Positions 39,201-52,310 of a DNA stretch of 64,000 nt are shown here, one piece after another. Below the pieces are notes generated by a model, which did not search any database, was not told where the DNA came from, and saw only the letters and a list, made by a program, of their open reading frames with translations. Position 1 is the first letter of the stretch, and each line of letters begins with the position of its first letter. This DNA is from Eledone cirrhosa. Lineage: Eukaryota. The position numbers and the translations under genes were made by a program. The stretch lies in NCBI GenBank assembly GCA_964016885.1, contig OZ024747.1, positions 79,670,001-79,734,000 of the forward strand. Reading direction: 5' to 3'.

Positions 39201-42200
39201 AGTGTTCAGGTTAATGTTCGTGTTAATGTCAGTTTTAGTGTTAGTGTTATTTTTTCCATTAGTGTTAGTGTTTTATTTTGTGTTAATGTTTGTGTTAGTG
39301 TTTCTATTAGTGTTAGTGCTAGTCTTTGTTTTTCTGTTAATGTTAGTGTTTGTTTTAGTGTTGAGGTTAATAGCTTAGTTTTCTGGTTAGTATCAGTTTC
39401 CGCGTTAGTTTTAGTGTTAGTTTTTATGGTAGTGTTAGTGCTCAGATCAGTGTTACTGTTTATGGTAGTGTTAGTTTTAGTGTTAAGGTTAGTGTTAGCG
39501 ATTGTGTTAGTGTTAGTATTTGTTTTTGCGTTAATATTTGTGTTAGTATCTCTGTTAGCATTAGTGTTTGATGTTTCCATTAGTGTTAGTGATTGTGTTA
39601 GCGTTAATCTTTGTTTCTGTGTTAAGGTTAGCATTAGTATTTCTGTTAGTGTTAGCATTAGTGTTTATGTTAATGTTCAGGTTAATGTTAGCTTAGTTTT
39701 CAGGTTAGAGTTAGTGTTCAAGTTAATGTTAGTGTTAGTGTTGAGGTTAGTGTTAGAGATTGTGTTTGTTTTTGTGTTGATATTTGTGTTAGTATCTCTG
39801 TTAGCGTTAGTGTTTGTTTTAGCGTTGAAGTTAATGTTAGCTTAGTTTTCTGCTTAGTATGAGTTTTCAGATTAGTGTTTGTGTTAGTGCTCAGGCAGGT
39901 CAGTGTTAGTGTTTATGGTAGTGTTAGTTTTAGTGTTAGTGTTCAGGTTAATGTTCGTGTTAATGTCAGTTTTAGTGTTAGTGTTTACAGTAGTGTTAGT
40001 TTTAATGTTAGTGTTTTATTTTGTGATAATGTTTGTGTTAGTGTTTCCATTAGTGTTAGTGCTAGTCTTTGTTTTTCTGTTAATGTTAGTGTTTGTTTTA
40101 GTGTTGAGGTTAATGTTAGCTTAGTTTTCTGGTTAGTATCAGTTTTCGTGTTAGTTTTAGTGTTAGTTTTGATGGTAGTGTTAGTGTTACTGTTTATGGT
40201 AGTGTTAGTTTTAGTGTAAGTGTTAATGTTAATGTTAGTGTTAAGGTTAGTGTTAGAGATTGTTTTAGTGTTAGTATTTGTTTTTGTGTTAATATTTGTG
40301 TTAATATCTCTGTTAGCATTAGTGTTTGATGTTTCCATTAGTTTTAGTGATTGTGTAAGCATTAGTCTTTCTTTTAGTGCTAAGGTTAGCGTTAATGTTA
40401 GCATTAGTATTTCTGTTAGTGTTAGCATTAGTGTTTATGTTAATGTTCAGGTTAATGTTAGCTTAGTTTTCAGGTTAGAGTTAGTGTTCAACTTAATGCT
40501 AGTTTTAGTGTTAGTATTGAGGTTAGTGTTAGAGATTGTGTTTGTTTTTGTGTTAATATTTGTGTTAGTATCTCTGTTAGCGTTAGTATTTGTTTTAGTG
40601 TTGAAGTTAATGTTTGCTTAGTTTTCTGCTTAGTATCAGTTTTCAGATTAGTGTTTGTGTTAGTGCTCAGGTCAGTGTTAGTGTTTATGGTAGTGTTAGT
40701 TTTAGTGGTAGTGTTCGTGTATAGGTTAATGTTCGTGTTAATGTCAGTTTTAGTGTTAGTGTTCAGGTTAGTGTTAGTGTTTACAGTAGTGTTAGTTTTT
40801 CCATTAGTGTTAGTGTTTTATTTTGTATTAATGTTTGTGTTAGTGTTTCCATTAGTGTTAGTGCTAGTCTTTGTTTTTCTGTTAATGTTAGTGTTTGTTT
40901 TAGTGTTGAGGTTAATAGCTTAGTTTTCTGGTTAGTATCAGTTTTCGTGTTAGTTTTAGTGTTAGTGTTTTTTTAGTGTTAGTTAGTTTTTATGGTAGTG
41001 TTAGTGTTAGTGCTCAGATCAGTGTTAGTGTTTGTGTTACTGTTTATAGTAGTGTTAGTTTTAATGTAAGTGTTAATGTTAGTTTTAGTGTTAAGGTTAG
41101 TGTTAGTGTTAGTATTTGTTTTTGCGTTAATATATGTGTTAGTATCTCTGTTAGCATTAGTGTTTGATGTTTCCATTAGTGTTAGTGATTGTGTTAGCGT
41201 TAGTCTTTGTTTTTGTGTTAAGGTTAGCGTTAATGTTAGCATTAGTATTTCTGTTAGTGTTAGCATTAGTGTTTATGTTAATGTTCAGGTTAATGTTAGC
41301 TTAGTTTTCAGGTTAGAGTTAGTGTTCAAGTTAATGTTAGTTTTAGTGTTAAGGTTAGGTTAGTGTTAGAGATTGTGTTAGTGTTTGTTTTTGTGTTAGT
41401 GTTTGTTTTTGTGTTAATATTTGTGTTAGTATCTCTGTTAGCGTTAGTGTTTATTTTAGCGTTGAAGTTAATGTTAGCTTAGTTTTCTGCTTAGTATCAG
41501 TTTTCAGATTAGTGTTTGTGTTAGTGCTCAGGTCAGTGTTAGTGTTTATGGTAGTGATAGTTTTAGTGGTAGTGTTAGTGTTCAGGTTAATGTTCGTGTT
41601 AATGTCAGTTTTAGTGTTAGTGTTCCGGTTAGTGTTAGTGTTCCGGTTAGTGTTAGTGTTTACAGTAGTGTTAGTTTTAATGTTAGTGTTTTATTTTGTA
41701 TTAATGTTTGTGTTAGTGTTTCCATTAGTGTTAGTGCTAGTCTTTGTTTTTCTGTTAATGTTAGTGTTTGTTTTAGTGTTGAGGTTAATGTTAGCTTAGT
41801 TTTCTGGTTAGTATCAGTTTTCGTGTTAGTTTTAGTGTTAGTGTTAGTGTTAGTTTTGATGGTAGTGTTAGTGTTACTGTTTATGGTAGTGTTAGTTTTA
41901 GTGTAAGTGTTAATGTTAATGTTAGTGTTAAGGTTAGTGTTAGAGATTGTGTTAGTGTTAGTATTTGTTTTTGTGTTAATATTTGTGTTAATATCTCTGT
42001 TAGCATTAGTGTTTGATGTTTCCATTAGTGTTAGTGATTGTGTAAGCATTAGTCTTTCTTTTAGTGCTAAGGTTAGCGTTAATGTTAGCATTAGTATTTC
42101 TGTTAATGTTCAGGTTAATGTTAGCTTAGTTTTCAGGTTAGAGTTAGTGTTCAAGTTAATGTTAGTTTTAGTGTTAGTGTTGAGGTTAGTGTTAGAGATT

Positions 42201-43480
42201 GTGTTTGTTTTTGTGTTAGTATCTCTGTTAGTGTTAGTGTTTGTTTTAGAGTTTGTTTTAGAGTTAATGTTAGCTTAGTTTTCTGCTTAGTATCAGTTTT
42301 CAGATTAGTGTTTGTGTTAGTGCTCAGGTCAGTGTTAGTGTTTATGGTAGTGTTAGTTTTAGTGGTAGTCTTAGTGTTCAGGTTAATGTTCATGTTAATG
42401 TCAGTTTTAGTGTTAGTGTTTACAGTAGTGTTAGTTTTAGTGTTATTTTTTCCATTAGTGTTAGTGTTTTATTTTGTGTTAATGTTTGTGTTAGTGTTTC
42501 CATTAGTGTTAGTGCTCGTCTTTGTTTTTCTGTTAATGTTAGTGTTTGTTTTAGTGCTGAGGTTAATAGCTTAGTTTTCTGGTTAGTATCAGTTTTCGTT
42601 TTAGTTTTAGTGTTAGTGTTTTTTTATTGTTAGTTTTTATGGTAGTGTTAGTGTTAGTGCTAAGATCAGTGTTAGTGTTTGTGTTACTGTTTATGGTAGT
42701 GTTAGTTTTAGTGTCAGTGTTGATGTTAGTTTTAGTGTTAAGTTTAGTGTTAGAGACTGTGTTAGTGTTAGTATTTGTTTTTGCGTTAATATTTGTGTTA
42801 GTATCTCTGTTAGCATTAGTGTTTGATGTTTCCATTAGTGTTAGTGATTGTGTTAGCGTTAGTCTTTGTTTTTGTGTTAAGGTTAGCGTTAATGTTAGCA
42901 TTAGTATTTCTGTTAGTGTTAGCATTAGTGTTTATGTTAATGTTCAGGTTAATGTTAGGTTAGTTTTCAGGTTAGAGTTAGTGTTCAAGTTAATGTTAGT
43001 TTTAGTGTTAGTGTTGCGGTTAGTGTTAGAGATTGTGTTAGTGTTTGTTTTTGTGTTAGTGTTAGTATCTCTGTTAGCGTTAGTGTTTGTTTTAGCGTTG
43101 AAGTTAATGTTAGCTTAGTTTTCTGCTTAGTATCAGTTTTCAGATTAGTGTTTGTGTTAGTGTTACTTTTAGTGTTAGTGCTCAGGTCAGTGTTAGTGGT
43201 TATGGTAGTGTTAGTTTTAGTGCTAGTGTTCAGGCTAATGTTTGTGCTAATGTTTGTTTTAGTGTAAGTGTTCAGGTTAGTGTTAGTGTTTGTATTAGTG
43301 TTTACGGTAGTGTTAGTTTTAGTGCTGGTGTTCAGGTTAGTGTTAGTGTCAGTTTTAGTGTTAGTCTTCAGGTTAGTGTTCTATTTAATCTTAGTTTTCA
43401 GATTTTGTGTTTGTGTTAATTTTCATGTTAGCGCTAAGTTCACTGTTAGAGAATGTATTAGGGTAAGTGTTATTTTTAAA
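30250..43480. repeat. GTTAGT-based satellite, about 790-bp monomers (about 16), 4735-bp higher-order repeat
   Basis: Identical ORF-track peptides at 30750/35485, 31144/35879, 33970/38705, 34364/39099, 35140/39875, all 4735 bp apart. Confidence 0.95.
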
Positions 43481-43824
43481 GTTCGGTTTTAGCTTAAAGT
43501 CAGGTTTTCTACTTTCCAGGAAAAAAGTTGATCCTCTCTAACTTGAGTGGTGTGATATAGTGTTGTAAAGTATAGTGTTTCATAGTCTTGTGTGGTGTTG
43601 TCTATTGTTGTATAGTGTAGTATGGTATATTGTTTCATAGCATGGTCTGATGTGAGGTTGTACAGTGTTTCGTAGTGTGGTGTTGGATAATGTGGTATGG
43701 TGTAATGTTTGTCAGTGTGGTGTGGTATGGTATAGGTTGATGTAGTGTGGCTTAGTTTGATTATAATAATACAAATAATAATAACAATAATAATAGTAAT
43801 AATAATTGTTCTTGTTCATTTTCT

Positions 43825-44030
43825 TTGTCTTCTTCTGTACCTTTGTTTTCTTCTGTGCCTTTGTTTTCTTCTGTGCCTTTGACTTCTTCTGTGCCTTTGA
43901 CTTCTTCTGTGCCTTTGACTTCTTCTGTGCCTTTGACTTCTTCTGTGCCTTTGACTTCTGTTCCTTTGACTTTGACTTCTGTGCCTTTGACTTCTTCTGT
44001 GCCCTTGACTTCTTCTGTGCCTTTATCTTC
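43825..44030. repeat. 18-bp minisatellite TTCTTCTGTGCCTTTGAC; also 52660-52895, collapsed near 24050-24080
   Basis: Tandem units visible. Confidence 0.9.
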
Positions 44031-44979
44031 TCCTCTGCCATCTAAATACCAAAAACAAAGAATGTAAAACATGTATGTTGCCTATCTCTCAGACTTTACA
44101 AAGTGGTGAGGAGATAAAGTTAATTTAAAGAGCAGTGTGCTCATGCACTGTGATCCTATAATGTAGCTTATAAGCTATTTCATAACTAAAAAACAATGTC
44201 AAACTTCAACAAGAGTATATACAAATATCTTTGAATGTTTAAGTTAAACCTAAGTAGATCGTATCTACAGGTCATTAGGTTAAGACTGAACTAAGATCAT
44301 ATCTATAAATCATTAGGTTTAGACTGAACTGAGATCATACTTTCTTCTTCTTTTCGTCATCTTCGTTTCCCGTGTCTTTGTTTTTGTTGTCACTTTCATT
44401 TTAGTCGTCTGCTTCGTTGTCTTTTTCTTCTTTTCCATCTAAATATAAAAAAAATTGTAAACAAATATATAGCTGATCTCTCAGACTTTCACGAAACACC
44501 AAGGAGATACAGATAATATAACGAGTCGGGAGCTCATATATATATATGGTATAGCATGGTGTCAATTTGGAGCACCTTTATTGTCAGATTGGGTGGTACG
44601 CACACACACACACACAAAAAAAAAAGGAGACGGGAAGAAAATGTTTCACACCAAGATCAATAGCTTGGTGTGATGTAGTATGGTGTGGTTTGGTTTGGTC
44701 TGGTGAAGTTATGAAATGGAAACCAATTGTAAACGATAGATTCCCATGTCATAGTCATTTGCAAGCACCTTTGATGTTAGTTTGAGGTGGTAACCAAAAA
44801 AAAAAAAAAAGCAGGTAGCAAATTTGTCACATTAATGTCCATGTGATGTAAATGGTGTGAGTAGGTGTTCTGTAATAAATTTACCATATAGTGAAGTATA
44901 TGGTGTGGATTGAGGTAGATTATGCTGTGGTGTGCTTTGTTATAAGTGAGGATTTAAATTTCCACTTTGATTTATTAGC

Positions 44980-47900
44980 AGATTAACAAAAAATATGACT
45001 TCCGCTGCAATAAAAAATGACTAGCTTTGTAAATGGTATTTCCACCCACATCCTCCCTCTTTTTTCTACAAAGCTAGTCATTTTCGACAGTTTTCCATGT
45101 CATAATTGTTGATAATATGTGCAAAAAATAGTCAATTGCAGTACCTTTGATGTCAGAGTGGGTGGTAAGAACACACACACAAAAAAAAAAAAGGAAACAG
45201 GAAGAAAATTTTTCACACTGAGATCAAAAGCATGGTGTGATGTAGATGGTGTAGTTTGTTGTGGTGTGGTGTGGATTGTTGTAGTTATGACATGGGAACC
45301 TATTGCAAATGTTAGGTTTCCATGTTATATACATTAATAATGTGTAAAAAAATAGTCATTTGTGAGCACCTTTGATATCAGATTGGGTGGTAAGCACACA
45401 CACAGAAAAAAAAAACCAAAGAAAAATGTTCTCACTGAGATTAATAGCATGGTGTGATGTAGTATGGTGTAGTTTGATGTGGTATGGTTTTCCAACCTCC
45501 AACATGCTTAGAGCCGACTATGCTTTTACCATCATTATCATCATTTTACGTCCACATTTCCTTGCTTGCAAGGGTGGGACGGGAACTGATTCTGGCTTGA
45601 TTTCTACAGCTGGATGCCCTTCCTAACACCAGAAATGAGATGATAGGGACACCAGTCCCTATCATCTCATTTCTACAGCTGAGTAAACTGGAGCAATGTG
45701 AAATAAAGTGTCTTGCTCAAGGAAACAACACACCACATGGTCTGAGAATTGAACTCACAACCTTTCGATTGCAAGGCCAATGCTCTAACCACTAAGCCAT
45801 GTGCCTCCATTACCATATTAACAACAAATATGACTTTCACTGCAATCAAAAATGACAAGCTTTGTAAATGGTATTTCCACCCACATCCTCCCTCTTTTTT
45901 CTACAAAGCTAGTCATTTTCGACAGTTTTCCATGTCATAATTGTTGATAATATGTGCGAAAAATAGTCAATTTCAGTACCTTTGATGTCAGAGTGGGTGG
46001 TAAGAACACACACATACAAAAAAAAAAAAAAGAAACAGGAAGAAAATTTTTCACACTGAGATCAAAAGCATGGTGTGATGTAGAATGGTGTGGTTTGGAT
46101 TGTTGTAGTTATGACATGGGAACCTATTGCAAATGTTAGGTTTCCATGTTATATACATTGATAATGTGTAAAAAAATAGTCATTTGTGAGCACCTTTGAT
46201 ATCAGATTGGGTGGTAAGCACACACACACAGAAAAAAAAAAAACAGGAAGAAAAATGTTCTCACTGAGATTAATAGCATGGTGTGATGTAGTATGGTGTA
46301 GTTTGATGTGGTATGGTTTTCCAACCTCCAACATGCTTAGAGCCGACTATGCTTTTACCATCATTATCATCATTTTACGTCCACATTACCTTGCTTGCAA
46401 GGGTGGGACGGGAACTGATTCTGGCTTGATTTCTACAGCTGGATGCCCTTCCTAACACCAGAAATGAGATGATAGGGAAACCAGTCCCTATCATCTCATT
46501 TCTACAGCTGAGTAAACTGGAGCAATGTGAAATAAAGTGTCTTGCTCAAGGAAACAACACACCACATGGTCTGAGAATTGAACTCACAACCTTTCGATTG
46601 CAAGGCCAATGCTCTAACCACTAAGCCATGTGCCTCCATTACCATATTAACAACAAATATGACTTTCACTGCAATCAAAAATGACAAGCTTTGTAAATGG
46701 TATTTCCACCCACATCCTCCCTCTTTTTTCTACAAAGCTAGTCATTTTCGACAGTTTTCCATGTCATAATTGTTGATAATATGTGCGAAAAATAGTCAAT
46801 TGCAGTACCTTTGATGTCAGAGTGGGTGGTAAGAACACACACAAAAAAAAAAAAAAGAAACAGGAAGAAAATTTTTCACACTGAGATCAAAAGCATGGTG
46901 TGATGTAGAATGGTGTAGTTTGTTGTGGTGTGGTTTGGATTGTTGTAGTTATGACATGGGAACCTATTGCAAATGTTAGGTTTCCATGTTATATACATTG
47001 ATAATGTGTAAAAAAATAGTCATTTGTGAGCACCTTTGATATCAGATTGGGTGGTAAGCACACACACACAGAAAAAAAAAACAGGAAGAAAAATGTTCTC
47101 ACTGAGATTAATAGCATGGTGTGATGTAGTATGGTGTAGTTTGATGTGGTATGGTTTTCCAACCTCCAACATGCTTAGAGCCGATATGCTTTTACCATCA
47201 TTATCATCATTTTACGTCCACATTTCCTTGCTTGCAAGGGTGGGACGGGAACTGATTCTGGCTTGATTTCTACAGCTGGATGCCCTTCCTAACACCAGAA
47301 ATGAGATGATAGGGACACCAGCCCCTATCATCTCATTTCTACAGCTGAGTAAACTGGAGCAATGTGAAATAAAGTGTCTTGCTCAAGGAAACAACACACC
47401 ACATGGTCTGAGAATTGAACTCACAACCTTTCGATTGCAAGGCCAATGCTCTAACCACTAAGCCATGTGCCTCCATTACCATATTAACAACAAATATGAC
47501 TTTCACTGCAATCAAAAATGACAAGCTTTGTAAATGGTATTTCCACCCACATCCTCCCTCTTTTTTCTACAAAGCTAGTCATTTTCGACAGTTTTCCATG
47601 TCATAATTGTTGATAATATGTGCGAAAAATAGTCAATTTCAGTACCTTTGATGTCAGAGTGGGTGGTAAGAACACACACATACAAAAAAAAAAAAAAGAA
47701 ACAGGAAGAAAATTTTTCACACTGAGATCAAAAGCATGGTGTGATGTAGAAGGGTGTAGTTTGTTGTGGTGTGGTTTGGATTGTTGTAGTTATGACATGG
47801 GAACCTATTGCAAATGTTAGGTTTCCATGTTATATACATTGATAATGTGTAAAAAAATAGTCATTTGTGAGCACCTTTGATATCAGATTGGGTGGTAAGC

Positions 47901-48790
47901 ACACACACACAGAAAAAAAAAAACAGGAAGAAAAATGTTCTCACTGAGATTAATAGCATGGTGTGATGTAGTATGGTGTAGTTTGATGTGGTATGGTTTT
48001 CCAACCTCCAACATGCTTAGAGCCGACTATGCTTTTACCATCATTATCATCATTTTACGTCCACATTTCCTTGCTTGCAAGGGTGGGACGGGAACTGATT
48101 CTGGCTTGATTTCTACAGCTGGATGCCCTTCCTAACACCAGAAATGAGATGATAGGGACACCAGTCCCTATCATCTCATTTCTACAGCTGAGTAAACTGG
48201 AGCAATGTGAAATAAAGTGTCTTGCTCAAGGAAACAACACACCACATGGTCTATTGCAAGGCCAATGCTCTAACCACTAAGCCATGTGCCTCCATTACCA
48301 TATTAACAACAAATATGACTTTCACTGCAATCAAAAATGACAAGCTTTGTAAATGGTATTTCCACCCACATCCTCCCTCTTTTTTCTACAAAGCTAGTCA
48401 TTTTCGACAGTTTTCCATGTCATAATTGTTGATAATATGTGCGAAAAATAGTCAATTGCAGTACCTTTGATGTCAGAGTGGGTGGTAAGAACACACACAC
48501 AAAAAAAAAAAAGAAACAGGAAGAAAATTTTTCACACTGAGATCAAAAGCATGGTGTGATGTAGAATGGTGTAGTTTGTTGTGGTGTGGTTTGGATTGTT
48601 GTAGTTATGACATGGGAACCTATTGCAAATATTAGGTTTCCATGTTATATACATTGATAATGTGTAAAAAAATAGTCATTTGTGAGCACCTTTGATATCA
48701 GATTGGGTGGTAAGCACACACACACACAGAAAAAAAAAACAGGAAGAAAAATGTTCTCACTGAGATTAATAACATGGTGTGATGTAATAT
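44980..48790. repeat. Second about 830-bp SINE-containing tandem array (about 4.5 units)
   Basis: Same peptides at 45749, 46578, 47415 and about 48222; last SINE copy has lost its B box. Confidence 0.95.
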
Positions 48791-50889
48791 GGTGTAGTTT
48801 GGTATGGTTTAGTTTGGTGTAGTTATAACATGGAAACCTATCATAAATTTACCAAGGTATGGTATAATCTGGTTTGGTGTAGTGTTGGTTAGTGTGGTGT
48901 GTTATTGTGTTGCATCGTATAGCGTGATTCTCCTTAAATTAAAATCATTAAAATATAATGCCTATCTTCTATATCTTAAAGAGTGACCTTAAATGTGATT
49001 GCAAATGACTTTTTTCTCTGGATTAAAGTTAGATTTAGGGTTAGTGTTAGGGTAAGTTTTACTGTTAATGGTAAGTTTATTGTTAGTGATTGTGTCACTG
49101 TTAGCATTACTGTCACTGTTAGTGTTACTGTAACTGTTACTCTTACAGTTACTGTTTGCGTTACTGTCTGCATCAGCGTTAGCATTTGCATAAGCGTCTA
49201 TGTAAGCTTTTGTGTTAGTGTCTATGTAGACTGGTGTTAGCATCTGCGTTAGTGTTTGGATTAGCCTTAGTGTTTGCGTAAGTGTCAGCATCTATGTCAG
49301 CGTCTGCATTGGTGATAGTGATTGTGTCAGCATTTCCCGTAGCGTCTGAGTCAACATTAGTGTTAGCATTAGTATTTGTTTCAGTGCCTACGTCAGCTTC
49401 TGAGTCAGCACTTGTGTCAGTGTCAGCATTTCCCTCAGTGTCAGCGTTTGCATCAGCGTGCACGTCAGCATTTGCATTAGTGTTTGAGTCAGTGTTAGCA
49501 TCAGCGTTTGCATTTGTGTAGGAGTTAACATTTGCGTCAGCATTCACATTAGCATTAGCGTTTGCGACAGCGTTTCCGTTAACGTCTTTGTCAGCATTTC
49601 CGTTAGCGTCTGTGTCAGTTCAGTGTTTCCGTTAGCTTCTACGTCAGCATTTCCGTTAGCATCTATGTCAGTGTTTCCGTTAGCTTCTACGTCAGTGTTT
49701 CCGTGAGCATCTATGTCAGTGTTTCCGTGAGCATCTACGTCAGTGTTTCCGTTAGCTTCTACGTCAGTGTTTCCATTAGCTTCTACGTCAGCGTCAGTAT
49801 TTACATCTACATCAGCGTTAGCATTTCAGTTAATGTCAGTGTTTAAGTTAGCATCTGTGTCAGCGTTTACGTTAGCTTCTACGTCAGCGTTTCCGTAACG
49901 TCTGCGTCAGCGTTTTCCGTTAGCATTGGCGTTTCCATCAACCTTTCCTGTGGCGTCCGCATCAATGCAGCGTCTGCATATCCCATGTAAGCATTAACTT
50001 CAGCATTTGCGTCAGCGTTAGCGTTAGCCTTAACCCTAGCGTCCGCATCAGCATTTGCATTAGCGTCAGCATACACGTCAGCGCCTGGCAATACTGCCTC
50101 AACATTTGCGTCAGCGTTAGCTTGGCTTTGGCTTCAGCAATCCGCATCAGCAATTGCGTTTTGGAGATCAGCTTCGGCGGTAAGGGTAAACGCTAACTTC
50201 TACGCCTGCTTCTACGTAACAACTACGTCAGAGTTTTGTTAGCTTCTACGTCAGCATCTACGTTAGCTTCTACATCAGCGCTTACATTAGTGTCTGCGTC
50301 AGCGTTTGTGCTAGCTTCTACATCAGCGTCTGTGTCAGTGTCTGTATTTACATTTGCGTCTGTGTCAGCGTTTACATTAGCTTCTACGTCATCGTTTACA
50401 TTAGCGTCTGTGTCAACGTGTGTTAGCATCTGTGTCAGCGTTTATGTTAACGTCTGCGACAGTGTTTATATTAGCATCTGCGTCAGTGTTTACGTTAGCA
50501 TCTGTGTTAACGTGTGTTAGCGTCTGCGTCAGCATTTTCATTAGTGTTTCCTTTAGATTCTACGTCAATGTTTATGTCTGCGTTAAGGTTCACATTAGCA
50601 TCGCTGTCATCGTTTGCATTAACATCTGCATCAACATTTGCGTCTGTGTTTGCATTAGTATCTGCATTTGCTTTTTTTATATCATTGTGAGCATTTGTGT
50701 CCACGTCAGCGTTAGAGTCTGTGTAGCATTTACATCAGCGTGTGCGTCAGAGTCTTTGTCAGCATTCGCTTTTGCACCTGCATCAGTATTCACGTTAGTG
50801 TTTGTGTCAGTGTAAGCGATTGTCAACATTTGCACTAGCGTTTGTGCCAGCATAGCCATCTTCGTCAATGTCAGCGTTGGTGTTAGTGT

Positions 50890-52310
50890 TAGTGTTTGAT
50901 TTTGTATTAGTGTTAGAATGTTTGTTAGTGTTAGTGTTCAGGTTAATGTTGACTTAGTTTTCTGGTTAGTGTTAGTTTTCTGGTTAGTGTTAGTTTTCAG
51001 GTTAGGGCTTGTGTTACTTTTAGTGTTAGTGCTCAGGTTAGTGGTTTATGGTAGTGTTAGTGTTCAGGTTAATGTTCGTGTTAATGTCAGTTTTAGTGTT
51101 AGTGTTCAGGTTAGTGTTAGTGTTTACGGTAGTGTTAGTTTTAGTGTTAGTGTTATTTTTCCCATTAGTGTTAGTGTTTTATTTTGTGTTAATGTTTGTG
51201 TTAGTGTTTCCATTAGTGTTAGTGCTAGTCTTTGTTTTTCTGTTAATGTTAGTGTTTGTTTTAGTGTTGAGGTTAATGTTAGCTTAGTTTTCTGGTTAGT
51301 ATCAGTTTTCGTGTTAGTGTTAGTGTTAGTTTTGATGGTAGTGTTAGTGTTACTGTTAGTGCTCAGATCAGTGTTAGTGTTTGTGTTACTGTTTATGGTA
51401 GTATTAGTTTTAGTGTAAGTGTTAATGTTAGTTTTAGTGTTAAGGTTAGTGTTAGAGATTGTATTAGTGTTAGTATTTGTTTTTGTGTTAATATTTGTGT
51501 TAGTATCTCTGTTAGCATTAGTGATTGATGTTTCCATTAGTGTTAGTGATTGTGTTAGCGTTAGGGTTAGCGTTAATGTTAGCATTTCTGTTAGTGTTAT
51601 AATTAGTGTTTATGTTAATGTTCAGGTTAATGTTAGCTTAGTTTTCAGGTTAGTGTTAGTGTTCAAGTTAATGTTAGTTTTAGTGTTAAGGTTAGTGTTA
51701 GAGATTGTGTTAGTGTTAGTATTTGTTTTTGTGTTAATATTTGTGTTAGTATCTCTGTTAGCATTAGTGTTTGATGTTTCCATTAGTGTTAGTGATCGTG
51801 TTAGCGTTAGTCTTTGTTTTTGTGTTAAGGTTAGCGTTAATGTTAGCATTAGTATTTCTGTTAGTGTTACCATTAGTGTTTATGTTAATGTTCAGGTTAA
51901 TGTTAGCTTAGTTTTCAGGTTAGAGTTAGTGTTCAAGTTAATGTTAGTGTTGAGGTTAGTGTTAGAGATTGTGTTAGTGTTTGTTTTTGTGTTATTATTT
52001 GTGTTAGTATCTCTGTTAGCGTTAGTGTTTGTTTTAGCGTTGAAGTTAATGTTAGCTTAGTTTTCTGGTTAGTATCAGTTTTTGTGTTAGTGTTACTTTT
52101 AGTGTTAGTGCTCAGGTCAGTGTTAGTGGTTATGGTAGTGTTAGTTTTAGTGCTGGTGTTCAGGTTAGTGTTAGTGTCAGTTTTAGTGTTAGTCTTCAGG
52201 TTAGTGTTCTATTTAATGTTAGTTTTCAGATTTTGTGTTTGTGTTAGTTTTTATGTTAGCGCTAAGTTCACTGTTAGAGCATGAGTGAGTGCAAGTGTTA
52301 TTTTTAAAGT
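50890..52310. repeat. Unexpanded version of the GTTAGT satellite (about 1.4 kb)
   Basis: Same monomer landmarks as 30.2-43.5 kb. Confidence 0.9.

Noticed and set aside
28241-43492. Many hydrophobic VLVLV/VSVSV and TNTN/ADAN ORFs suggesting membrane or ice-binding proteins
   Set aside because: Overlapping ORFs in several frames on both strands with frequent frameshifts; a direct result of 6-bp periodicity.
43712-44041. (KAQKKS)n ORF as histone H1
   Set aside because: No winged-helix globular domain, no stem-loop, and it runs into (TAT)n microsatellite; kept only as an exon-like cassette finding.
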